From: Xylographa opegraphella
Taxonomy: Eukaryota
Assembly (NCBI GenBank): GCA_022813865.1
Contig: JALDZX010000008.1
Span: 434,001-498,000, forward strand
Reading direction: 5' to 3'
Length of the DNA: 64,000 bases
Shown here: piece by piece, positions 42,081 through 53,989 of the stretch
Position numbering within the stretch: the stretch's first letter is position 1
Layout of the letters: every line of letters starts with the position of its first letter
The notes under the pieces: model-generated
Databases searched by the model: none
What the model was told of the DNA's origin: nothing
Seen by the model: the letters and a program-made list of their open reading frames with translations, nothing else
Program-made: the position numbers and the translations under genes

Positions 42081-42556
42081 ATGCAATATTTCAATTTCTT
42101 TCTTGTTACCTTTCTGGGCTATGCCGCATGCGCCCCGATAAGTATGTTGCGCGTGGTAACCCACGTAAACCATTCAGCTGATTGACGGCAGTCTTATCCG
42201 ATATGGCGCCTGACTATAAGCGAGAGATGACTGCAGATTACGAGGTCGCTCCGGACTATAAAAGGGATATGGCTGCAGACTACAAGAGGGAGATCACTGC
42301 GGACTACGAGGTTGCTCCGGACTATAAGAGAGATATGGCCGCCGACTATAAGAGGGAGATCACTGCGGATTACGAGGTTGCTCCGGACTATAAGAGAGAT
42401 ATGGCCGCCGATTACAAGCGAGAGATCACTGCTGACTACGAGGTCGCTCCGGACTATAAAAGGGATACGGGTGCAGAATACAAGAGGGAGATCACTGCGG
42501 ACTACGAGGTTGAGCCGGATTACAAGAGAGACATGGCTGCCGACTACAAGAAATAA
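42081..42556 (+). CDS. Kex2-processed repeat protein (KEP), a candidate RiPP precursor of 141 aa (intron 42142-42191)
   Basis: Exon 1 encodes the signal peptide MQYFNFFLVTFLGYAACAPI. A GTATGT...CAG intron joins it in frame to ILSDMAPDYKR and then alternating EITADYEVAPDY-KR / DMAADY-KR repeats. Ten KR sites plus a terminal KK. Confidence 0.9.
42200..42553 (+). repeat. Coding tandem repeat, 66-bp unit x5 plus a partial unit
   Basis: 22-aa unit DMAADYKREITADYEVAPDYKR with mostly synonymous differences between copies. Confidence 0.95.
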
Positions 42557-43954
42557 ACCAATATTTCAACTATAAGCTTGCTCCAGATTTTTGCAAAGGA
42601 ATTTGAGCAGATCATTAAGCAACGGATAATTTTAGTAGAGAACTGAGACATATCAAGAAGAATGGACTTTATAACTGTACTTCCAGCTCACTATGACTAT
42701 CTTCAATAAGCTGACGGGGGGGAGTGACAGCGGCCAGAATAGTGTCTGAGCATGCCAAGAATTCAACCACGAAGGCGTTCAAGCCCATGTCACCACGCGG
42801 CGATCCCAACAGCGGAGACGGCACAGCTTGAGCTTCTCGGCCAGAGGGCATTCAAAATACGGATCGACGCTTATCGGCTGAGGCTCACGGCTTTATATGA
42901 TACAATCAAATACGCGTTATTTAGTAATTTAACCGGCCCCGATAGAACATCATTTATAACGTTACGTATAACTGTTTATAGTACCCCTTTTTCCCCGCGT
43001 CGAACCAGCATTCTAAGTAAAGTTATGTCAATCAAAACCCCAAAACCAATTCGATATCAACGCTTGGAGCTGACCTAGCCCCAAGATACGAGCCGGTTCA
43101 CCGGCATAACTGGGACGGAGCCGGCCATAGGACCTAAGTGGATCGGCCCAAGATTGAGCCGTTCGGGAGCCATGTGCGGGCGGGACGGAAAATGGCCCCC
43201 ACTAAGTTAGAGCCCCGAACGAGCCACGGATGCCCCGGGGCCGCGGTCCTATTTACTAGTAGTGGGACGAAGCCGTGTATTTTACAAAGCAAGTTATTTA
43301 TGTCTTGGCAGTAATATTGAAGCGGCATGAGATCGCCTGTTACCCATGTGGCCAAGTCCAGCGGCACAGCATTCAAGAATCCTTCAGTATGGCCTTCCAA
43401 TCAACACTGCAGGTGGCGGCGCACACACCTTCTCGATATGGTGTGTTGCATTGATGAGAATCACTTTGCTTTTACTTGTATCCATGGTCGACGTCAAGGG
43501 TTTACAGCAAGACTATGGCATGACTGGCTCCTGTCGTAGCCACACACCTCGTCCCACACGTGCAGCTTGCAGGCAGCCCATATCCCAGTACTGGATACAC
43601 CAATTGAAGAACGGCATGACTGGCGAAGCCAGGTACTATTGAGCGGCGGAAGACTCTCATGTTATCCGAAGCGGGTTTTGGTGTCTCGGCTGTGCCGTCT
43701 TCGTCCCTCTGGGTATGCCGTCTCGTTCCACATGGACGAATTGTTGTCGTAGCCGGCGCCAACGCAACCGACTTTTATCTCTCGCGTTGCACAAGTGGAG
43801 AGTATGCAGGTCGAGATCTGCCGTACACGCCCACGTGGTTTTCCGGGCATATATTTACCTTTGTTATGGAAATATTATAGAAAAACGAAATCACAAGGCG
43901 ACAAAACGATAACTTTTTCTCTACAATCAACGGCTATTGGCGATACGGGGTATC

Positions 43955-46038
43955 ATGGATACGACCTTCAGCGACAGTGTAAGTCTGTTCCTCATATCGT
44001 CAGAGCTCCTGCTACGTCAGGGAGTTTTTACTCTGATGCCCCAATACTATTTAGCTAATATCTCTGGCAACTGTAGAGTCTTCATGAACTTGAAAATGAG
44101 CTTCACACCGAGGTCGTACCTGGCACGGAGATCATGACCGATGTTGGATCACATCACTTCATCAAAAGCAAAGGCAATGCCACTGTCCTTGTTCCGCAAC
44201 CGTCGCAGGATCCTCACGATCCGCTGGTAAGTGACTATTAACTCTTGCATACACATCATAACTACTATATCATTTGGATAGAAGAAGTGGTCTGTATAGC
44301 TGATAATATTCTGCCTACAGAATTGGAGCCCAATATGGAAGTTCTCAGCAATGGCATCTACCTCGCTGGCAACGTTCATGTTGATACTCTCACCACTAGC
44401 CATCGCACCCATTTTCCCAGACCTCATTATGGACTTCAACTCCGATTTGGCTGGCGTAGTACAATTTACGGGAACAACCATTCTTGTTCTGGGATTTGCA
44501 AACTTCTTATGGTCAGCCACATCCTGCTCCAAGCTCTCTCCTGCAATCAAGGAGCGTCCAGATACTGATTTGTTACTGTAGGATCCCTTTAAGTGACGTA
44601 TATGGAAGAAGATTCGTTCTACTGGCGTCGCTTCTGGTCCTGATAGCAAGCCACATCTGGCGTGCTGAAGCCGGATCGTACTCAAGTTTCATGGGCGCCG
44701 CAGCTATCGCGGGAATTGGTGGTGCTCCTGGAGAGGTAATTCGATTGCGCACAAGGACCGGGGAGTCTCCGACTGACAACAAAATATAGGCTCTACAACC
44801 AATAATTACCACAGATGTTATGTTTTTGCATGAAAGAGGACTCTACACGACATGGTACTTTTCGATACTCTATGGCTCTACTATGGTATTGATTTTCAAC
44901 TATCGTTCTTGGATGCTGTGCTGACTCTTTTCAGCTTGGTCCAATTATCCAAGGAAGTATGGCTCAAGCATATGGATGGCGAAGCTTTTGGTGGCTCAAT
45001 ACGGGACTATGTGCCCTCGCCTTTGTCTTTGTTCTTGTGGGCTTTCCAGAGACGAAACATGTCCGTGTCTATCCAAGCGAGGCACAGAATGGTGCTCCAG
45101 CGTTTGTGACTACCGAGAAAACAGATGCGATATCCCACAAATCTGGGTCATCCGCCGTCGCAACGAGTAATGCAACACCAGTTCCAGCCTCCAATGCGCC
45201 GGATGATTCCCATCTCGGTAAAGGCAGGCCAAGTAGGAGTCAATGGAGGCTTCTGCAACCGGAGAGTCACCCTTTACGACCACTCGCCTTTGGTCTCTAC
45301 CTCCCGTTCAAGTTGTTCTGCTTCCCAATCGTCGTTTTCGCCACCTTTATAGTCAGCTTCAGCAGTACCTGTTATCTGATGATCACGTTTATCCAATCTC
45401 AAGCCTTCGCCGTCCCTCCGTACAGCTTCAACCAGGAATTCATCGGATTTATGAACTTCGCCTCCCTCATTGGTGCCCTGATCGGTCTGTTCACTGCTGG
45501 CCCCCTGAGCGATTGGGTTAGCGCCAAGCTGACCCGACGAAACAATGGCATCCGAGAGCCGGAAATGAGACTTCCAACTATGATACCTTATGTCATAATC
45601 ATGCTTCTCGGAAACTTTGTTGTAGCATTTGGTTTGCAGAACGATTGGGACTGGAGGGTGAGTTCATTTATTACCCCATTCCAATGTCCGGTAACGAAAA
45701 GCTTCTGACTCCATATGTCGCAGGCCATCGTCGTCGTAGGTTTTGGCTGCGCCGGTATTCAAATCGCGTCACTACCAGCTATCGCCTCCACATACGCAAT
45801 CGACTCCTACAAGCCGGCTGCGGGTAGTATTTTCATCGCCATCACTATCAACAAGAACCTGTACGGCTACGGGGTTTCGAAGTTCATCACCCCGTGGGTG
45901 ATACAGTCAGGCTACGTGCCTCCGTTCATGACGAACATGTGTCTGTTATTCCTGTGGGTATGCTGCGGCGCCATCTTCTGGGTCTGGGGCAAACGTTTCA
46001 GGACGTGGACTGCGAAGAGCAGTATCCATCGCCAATAG
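43955..46038 (+). CDS. MFS transporter (HOL1-like), multi-exon
   Basis: VVPGTEIM, LVPQPSQDPHDPL-NWS, YGRR, GWRSFWW...FPET, NGIREPEMRLP. Confidence 0.87.
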
Positions 46039-46516
46039 ATAGATAGCATTGATGTTTGGTCGCGGTGATGTAAACCGCTGTGATACCGACGTAGGCATAG
46101 TACGAACGCGTAGCCGACAGCCTCGCATGGATGATATCATACTGCATGCTTTGGTGCTGATCTGATGCGAGCAACCATCCCGAAGGATTTTCGGTTCCTT
46201 GTCCCGTGCATTGGTGCCTTCGGAGCCCCACGCATCGCAAAGGGCCGTAGATGTGGTGATCTGCCACGAGGCAATTGGCATCCCCCTGTCCGCTCTCTCC
46301 CCATCTCCCACCTCGACGCAAGAAAAACATGTGCCCCGCACGCAAAATAGCTATTTAAGCATTTTCCGGCGGGACATCAAACCGCCTCTCTTCCATCACG
46401 CCTGCCCCTTCAGACACGGTGGAGGAGAGCCCGAAGCCCACTTCTACGCAGTGATCCGATAGACCTTGGAATTTCCCCAAGCCCCGTTCGCTGCTCTACT
46501 CGGCTCCGTCCCCGCA

Positions 46517-48015
46517 ATGGCCTCCTCGCAGCACCCCGCAAGCGGCGGCACCCTTCTCAGCCAGCTCTCGGCCGTGGAGATTCCGTCGGGGGAGACGCTG
46601 GATGAGCGTACACGCAGGGAGGCGTTGGCGGTTGCGAAGGGCATCGTCGACGCGCTGGAGAAGCCGGAGGAGGTGGTGATGCGGTATGCCAACGAGGTGA
46701 GGGCCCGTCCGTTCCGCTACGCTTCCCTCCCTCTGCCGAAGGTTTGGATCTCTCTCGCGACCCACACGGTGCTGAATATAGGCTACTCTGCAGATAATGG
46801 CGCACCGCGTCAGCCTGCGGGTCGGGGTCGAGCTCGGGCTGTTCCGCATGCTGGTGCAGCGGGGCGTGACGCCGCTGTCGGCGAAAAGGATGGCGGAGCA
46901 GACGGGTGCGGAGCTGTTGCTTGTTGGTGAGTGGGTGAGAGAGTGTGTGTGGGGGGCAGACGTGGCATGAAGGGAAGGGGAGACCGATGTGCTGATGCTG
47001 CGGGGTGGTTTTTTTAGTGAGGATCATGCGCGTTGTGTGCGTTATTGGCTTTGCGAAGGAGGTGGGCGTGCAGAGCTATGTGGCCACGCGGCTGACGAAG
47101 GCGATCACGTCGCCGGCGATGGAGGGTGCGATGATGATTTGGTAAGGAGGTGCTCTTTCGGGGCGGATGGTGGATGGGTGCTGATCGAGCGCGGTAGCCA
47201 CGACTATTCCTCTACGTGGCAGCTGCCGCAGTACTTCCAGGCCCATGGCTATACGTGTCCGACCGACAGTTCGGACTGCCCGTTCCAGTGGGCATTCAAA
47301 ACGAAGCAGACGTATTTCGAGCGCATCCACGAGAGCCCGGAGGCGATGAAGGCGTTCAACAATTTCATGAAGGAGATTCGCAGCACGCGGAAGTTCTGGG
47401 CCGATTGGTATCCCGTGGAGGAGGAGATAATCAGTGGGTTTGCGGGCGGGCCGGAGGATGTGCTTCTCGTGGATGTTGGGGGTGGGAACGGGCATGATTT
47501 GGAGTCCTTTCTTGCTTCTTTCCCGCAGGCCAAGGGCCATCTCGTTTTGCAAGACTTGCCGGGGACGATTGAGAACCTCAAGCCCAAAGATGGGATTCGA
47601 GCCATGGCTCACGACTTTTTCACTCCGCAGCCTGTCAAAGGTGAGCAGGTCGTTATGGTGCTATTCGTCGAGATATGCTGACTGTTGGGCAGGCGCCCGT
47701 GCCTACTACACCCATTTCGTGCTGCACGACTGGCCCGACGAGAAGTGCCGGGTGATTCTGCGCGAGCTGATGGCCGCCATGAAACCGGGATACTCGAAGC
47801 TCGTCCTCAATGAGAGTGTGCTTCCGGATATCGACTGCTCGCCGTGGTTCGCGACCAACGATATCAACATGATGGCCATCCTTGCCGGCATGACGCGCAG
47901 CCAGTCACAGTACGTGGAGCTGGTCGAGTCGGTCGGCCTCGAAGTGGTGAAGGTCTGGCGATCGCCGGATGCGGAGGATGCGGAGGGGGTGATTGTAGCG
48001 GTCTTGAAAGCGTAG
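46517..48015 (+). CDS. SAM-dependent O-methyltransferase (methyltransf_2 type with winged-helix N-terminus), multi-exon
   Basis: LLVDVGGGNGHDL, LQDLP, HDFFTPQP, YYTHFVLHDWPD. Confidence 0.92.
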
Positions 48016-48109
48016 GATAATCAAACCCTAGAGTCACGAGATGTTTCGGCGCGTATATACTTCCTGAGTCCGAGTTACAATTTTTTTCGTGGTTGAATTC
48101 ACCGGGCTT

Positions 48110-48844
48110 TCATTCGTCAAACTTTATCAGCAACCAGACATACTTCTGCCCATTCTCCCCCCCGCCCTTGCCGAAATCAAAGATCTCGCTCCCAATCTCC
48201 TGCATCCCGGCTTTGAGATACGTCCTTAGGCCCATCGGCGTTGCGATCGTCCACACCCCCTTGATTCTGCCCGGCCGGGCCTTCGCATCCACCTTCGCTT
48301 GCTCAATCCCCCACCGCACGAGCATGCTCCCCAGTCCGCGCTGCTGAAACTCCGGCAGCGTAGCCAGGGCATCCAGATACCAGTAATGGGAATCACGGTC
48401 ACCGCCCATAAGCGCCTCAGACCACCCCCCCACCAGGGTATCATGCAACCTCCTCATCAGCACGCGCGCATCCCGGTTCTCCACTGGCGCGTCCTCGATC
48501 GCAGGCACCATAGGCCGCGACTCCAGAGCCGGTTTCGTCGCGTTAGCCGCGGGCGCGCACCAGCAGGCCACGGCGACGACTTGAGCGGCGGAGCCGTCCG
48601 CGGGCCGGTAGACGACTTTGCGCCAGTGCCGGTCGGCGTTGCTATCGCCCCGGCCTTCCAGCGCGTTGCTCATCCGCATCCGCTTCCAGGCGCGGGCGAC
48701 GGCGCGTGTTTCGGCAGTTGTGAGCGGCGCGGAGGCGGCTTGGCTGATGGGGTTGCTGGCGAAGGCCCGCTCTTCGATGTCGAGCATGGCGTCGACGTCT
48801 GCGAGGGACATGGGCTGGATCTCGAAGGGCGGTGGGGACACCAT
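48110..48844 (-). CDS. GNAT-family acetyltransferase
   Basis: WYLDALATLPEFQQRGLGSMLVRWG (motif A, QxxGxG) and ATPMGLRTY. Confidence 0.85.
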   Translation of the reverse strand: MVSPPPFEIQPMSLADVDAMLDIEERAFASNPISQAASAPLTTAETRAVARAWKRMRMSNALEGRGDSNADRHWRKVVYRPADGSAAQVVAVACWCAPAANATKPALESRPMVPAIEDAPVENRDARVLMRRLHDTLVGGWSEALMGGDRDSHYWYLDALATLPEFQQRGLGSMLVRWGIEQAKVDAKARPGRIKGVWTIATPMGLRTYLKAGMQEIGSEIFDFGKGGGENGQKYVWLLIKFDE

Positions 48845-49352
48845 GGCGGTGTACTCGATGCGGGTGTGCAGATGGGTGGAGTTAGTGTACTCGCTTGGGA
48901 GTGGATTGAAGTAGAAAGCGACTGAAGCTTTGGCTCGTGTGCTTTTTTGGCCCACTTCCACAGCGCAGTTCGCGCTAGAGTCGCGCTAGGGTTAGGGCCT
49001 GTGCGGCGGTTAAGCCTCAAGCGCAGCGCCGACGACTAGCGACAATAGCCGCCTTGACCTGCGCACACTGATGTGATACTAGAGACGAAATAAGCATCGG
49101 ATTTCAATCGTTCGTACTAGGTGTCATAGACGTGGAACTATTTTTGTCTTTCCAGCTCATAATATTCACAAGGCGAATTTTGATGAATGAAAAGTCGGCG
49201 TGACCGGCTGAGTTTGAAGTGAGTTCAGTATCCACGATATGTACCTATGTGCCAAGGACCTCAGCCTTCGCCACCTCGAGCCATTGTCTCGAAACCGGCA
49301 CCTCCACGTCCCACTCCAACCCTCCTGCCTTCCCACCCCCCATTCTCATACC

Positions 49353-51464
49353 CTACGCATCCGTATACTTCATCAACCCCACCTCTAGCGCCTTGATCTG
49401 CAACGCCAACAACCGCGAATAGTAGCGGCACAGAGCCAAGTTCCCGCCGAAGAACCAGAAACCTTCATGCCCACTTCTCCTCCAGATTGTCCGCAATTCG
49501 CCTTCCTGATCATAGCCCCATACATCACCCACCTGATCTGCCACCTTATCCCCAAATATCTTCCGTGCGGTCTCCCGCATATTCTGATACCCAGTCGCAA
49601 ACACGATCTCATCCGCTTCGATTTCCTCCCCGTCCGCGAACGTCATGCTGTGCTCGTTTACGTGCGAGATCTCTTGCCCTTGTTTGACTCTGATTTTGCC
49701 ATCTGCGATCAGCTGCGATGCTCCAACGTCAATATAGTAGCCGCCTCCACGATGCATATACTTCATCCAGAGGCCCGCGCCATCGGGGCCATTATCGAGT
49801 GCGAACCCTGCAGCCTGCAGGCCCTGCAGGAGGGTTGCGTCGCGGCGGGTCGTTTCGCGTGTGGCGTCGATGTGGAAGCGCTTGAGAACGGGACTGGGAA
49901 GGGAGTGGCTGATGAGATCTGCGTCCTCAACGGGAGGACCGCCTTCGCAGTAGACACCTGCCATCGTGACGTCAATGAGCGCGCGGCTGGTTACCACGAG
50001 GGTACTGCTGCGCTGCACCATCGTGACCGCATAGCCGTGCTCGAGATAGTCCTGTGCAATGTCATGTGCGGAGTTGCAGCTACCGACTATGATGGCTTTT
50101 TTCCCGGCGCCCGCGGATTGAGGGCCGACGAATTGCGAAGAATGAACGAGAGGGCCATGGAAGGAGGAGAGGCCGGGGATGGTGGACGGGAAATTCGCTT
50201 CGCCGCTGGCACCAGTGGCTTGGATTATATGACGTGGGTGGAATGTCCCTATCTGAGGTCAGTGGGAAGCAAGCGGATGATGGTGATATACGTACGGATT
50301 GACTTCTTTCCATCCATGTCTCGCGTAAGCGTTACGGTCCAGTGCTTGGCTTTCTCATTCCATATTGCTTCTGTGAGTGTGGTGGAATTCCACACGTTGA
50401 GCTCCATGGCCTTGACGTATATCTCAAACCACTCTGCAAGTTTGTCCTTCGGAGTGAATACCTGGATGAATTAGTATCAGGACGTCTATGAATGGAGAGC
50501 CCGGAGAACTTACAGGCCAGTTCGGTGGGAAGTCTAAATATGGCATGTTGTCATACCTTTGAGACTCGTTCAGTATTCTGTAGTGCTATGGATTGGGGCC
50601 GCAGATCTTGAGCTTACCACACCGCATCATGGAGAACCAGCTGGTGATATCTATTGCGCCAATTGTCTCCGACATGAGGGTTTTGATCGACCATGAGAGT
50701 TACAATGCCTAACTGCTTCAACCGTGCAGCTGCTGTCAAGCCCCCTTGGCCAGAGCCTTCAGCGTGAAACGTCAGCTCTGTGTCTCCTTCCCACAAATAA
50801 TGGAAGACTGACCGACAATGATTACCGAGGGCTCAAGCCCATCCTCAAAATTCACTTCGGCATCTCTTCGTTCTTTCCAATTCTTCCTTCCAGGATGCGA
50901 ACCATGAATGACACCCGTTGGTCTCCGTTCCTCAATGAATTCTTCATAACCTTTCAGTTCTTTCAGCGAGGTGAACAAAGTAAAAGCTTTCCATTTGCCC
51001 CCGTCGTCTGGATCTTGGACAAGCCTGACCAGACCCCTGCCTCTGCCAACGTCAGTTTCGACAGTGAGGAACGACTGGATGCCTTTCAGAGTTCCCCCAA
51101 AATCGACTGAGGCAACTGTAGGCTTTCCCACATAACTGGTCTGGTCAATAGCGAGAGAAGTAATTCGTGAACCCTTGCTCTGCGCTTTTAAGATAGATGA
51201 GATATTCTCCCGACCACTAAGGGTATGGAAGTCCCATGTCAGGCAAAGAAGATCCCTCCAGTATGATTCAGAAAGAAAGACCTTGGAGAGATCAGAAGCA
51301 CCACTTTGGAGATGGTCATTGGACAAAGAAAGCCATCCGGTGACTACAGATTCTGCGTCCAATTGAGATAAGTCCGTGGGCCTTGGGTAGAGCACTGGAT
51401 CAAGAGCGTGGGAGCCCGGTAACATGCGGTTTGACGATAGGACCTCCACTGCAGCCGTGGCCAT
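49353..51464 (-). CDS. Flavin-containing monooxygenase (class B, N-terminally extended type), multi-exon
   Basis: IVGSGQGGL FAD motif, GDNWRNRY...LHD, FHGPLVHSSQF, VGSCNSAHD, GGYYIDVG, FATGY. N-terminal YWRDLL domain. Confidence 0.9.
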
Positions 51465-52685
51465 GATGTAGACTCAGGACTGTATGGTAGCACGGCCAGT
51501 GAGCACTCCAGCGTGGCGTTGGTGAGTCCATTACTGAAATGTAGCGAGCGTGGCAGCCAGCGGAGCAATGACGAAATAAGGAAATCATCGCCTCGCCCTC
51601 ACAGAGCAGTTCGGAGGTAATCACGCATTGAATTATGCCGCGTCAACGGTTCTCACTTCCGTGGCGTGGGCCAGTCTCCTGGTCGAGCGGTTGTTGTGCC
51701 GTGCTGTGTATTACCCCACGGGATTGCCACAAAATGCCTTTATCCTAAAGCTACCTTAATCCTAGGTGCCGTGGGGGGCGGGACGGGAGTGTTTCCTAGC
51801 GCTTCGATAGTGTCAAGCCTGATCCGTGCATGGGACGATGACATCACTACGCTCGACCTCATCTCTCGACTTTCGGCCTTCAGCTGACAGTTTCGCCCCC
51901 ACTGGATCATCTGCCATTGCCTCAAGGATTTCAATCCTTCGCTGAAGCAGAACAAGGACCTCATAGGTCCGCATTCTAGTTCTGCAGCCATCCTTACTTT
52001 CATCGCCTCTCAGGATGACTGATGGATCCTCACACCATGACCATCACCGGGGCCACACTTTATTCAAGTATGCCTGCCCGTTGCAGTGTACGGGCATTTG
52101 ACTTGAGCTTGTTTGCTTTTATCGAACGAGTACCTGAGTGCTGGTCGTTGACGAGGACGAATAATTGCCATTGCGCCATACTTTAAACCTTGTTTACTCT
52201 CCTCGTCTAGACCCAACATACGAAGTATCGTCCAGCGTGTCGTACGACCGCTGTGCCACCTCAAGGCAGAGACGATCACTGCGGCCTCGTTACCATGCTC
52301 CTTCGCTCCTCCTCATGTAAGCCACTCGGCGTCATAGCCCTCTGAAAAGCCAGGATTCTGTTGGTTTTTGGGCAGTCCTTGAGCTGCGCGTGGTCGGAAC
52401 AGCAGGTCGCAGTTCTTTATCTGCTTGAAAGCTACCACACCACAGTAATAAACTGGCATCCCTTCGTGGCACAGCTGGTTACAGCTCTGGATTAACGCCA
52501 GTATGATTGACTGCCGGTACTACGATAATCGGAGCACTTCAATGGCCCACATAGAATTGTTCTGCGTTGCTGCATGCTTCCTTATTCTTCATTGTGAAAG
52601 ATCGCTTTGTTGCTAAGTTTTAGGGGCACTCGACAGTCTGTTTCTGTTTTCACGCAATCTCATTAAAGCGTCAACAAGTCTCAAC

Positions 52686-53989
52686 ATGGACAAAGGCCCT
52701 GTACCCTCCGATGGCGACGTGAGTATGCAAGCGGGTATTCTTGCTACCACCATCGTAGTCACTATTCTCGCAGATACCGTCGTTGCTCTTCGATTCGTGG
52801 TGCGAAAATGGATTGTAAAGAATATTGGCTGGGATGACTGGTGTATCCTTGGTGCAGTCATCGGCATCACAATAGGAATGGCCCTTGTCATCGTGCAAAT
52901 TTCTTATGGCTTTGGAAGACACAAATACTATCTTACACCGCACGAGCTGCAGGAGTTCCAGAAGTATTCATTTGGAGAATGGATACAGACATTTGCCACA
53001 CTGATGTGGACCAAGATCTCGATATGCTTGTTTCTTCTGCGGATTACCATCAGCAAAGCATTCATTCGTCCCCTCCAAGTTGCGATCATCATTCTAGTGC
53101 TAAGTAACGTTATTCTGACTGTCCTCTGGGCGGTTCAATGCAGTCCTGTTGCGCTGGCTTGGGATTTGACCCAGCAGGGCACTTGCTTCAGTGTGGCTCA
53201 GATAGACGATATTATTTTGGCTCAAGCTAGTAAAACAACACCTCTAAGCTGTGGGTACATTCAAGCTAACAATACCAAGTCATCTCGATCGTCTCAGACT
53301 TTTTCCTCGCCGCATTCCCTATTCTCATCCTTCGACACGTTCAAATCAATATACGGGTCAAAATCGGGCTGTGTCTACTCATGGGCATGGGAGTAATGTA
53401 AGTTGGACTCGATATACGATGGGTACTTACTCGTGACTGACTCATTCGAATAGTACTGGGTGTATCTGCATAGCTCGAGCTGTCCTTAACTGGCAAAATG
53501 ACTACAGCCAAGATCCGACCTGTAATCTGCTCCCCGACCCGCAACTATTTTCCCTCTTACTTCACCCACTAACCAATATCAGGGGTCAGTGTTCCAAATT
53601 GGTATCTACGGTCATGGGAAATCTGCGTTGGTATCATAGCCGCGTCCGTCCCTACGCTGCGTCCTGGCTACCTCTATATGCAAGACCGTCTCGTCGCCTC
53701 CTTCTCTTCCAAGGCCAGCTCTAGCGCTCCTTTTTCCAAGTCCAAAACACTTGTTCCGTCACCAGTAGCCCGCACGAAAGCCTCCAACCCCTTCAAGTCG
53801 TTTGGTACCAATACGTCGTCCACTACGGAGGGCAATTTCCTGCCGCTGCAAAACTTTGAGATTCGAAAGACTACAGACATTGATGTGGAAAAGAAATCGA
53901 ATTCGCGCAGTACCAGTGGGGCTTATAGACCACGGATTGGACGCACAGATTCAGAGGCGCATTTGAGGAGTGTAGAAGATATTGTTTAG
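52686..53989 (+). CDS. PTH11-like (fungal rhodopsin-domain) integral membrane protein
   Basis: LRFVVR...GWDDW, GFGRH, TKISICLFLLR, QCSPVALAWD, WEICVGIIAASVPTLRP. Confidence 0.85.

Noticed and set aside
42200..42553. Regular repeat array that could be mistaken for a CRISPR array or non-coding minisatellite
   Set aside because: There are no unique spacers, the unit is a multiple of 3, variation is mostly synonymous, the context is eukaryotic, and the array is fused to a signal-peptide exon.
42081..42556. Alpha-factor-like mating pheromone precursor
   Set aside because: It lacks XA/XP dipeptide spacers after KR and the Trp/Cys-containing (WC...GQPCW-type) mature peptide typical of Pezizomycotina alpha pheromones. 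The cores are strongly acidic.
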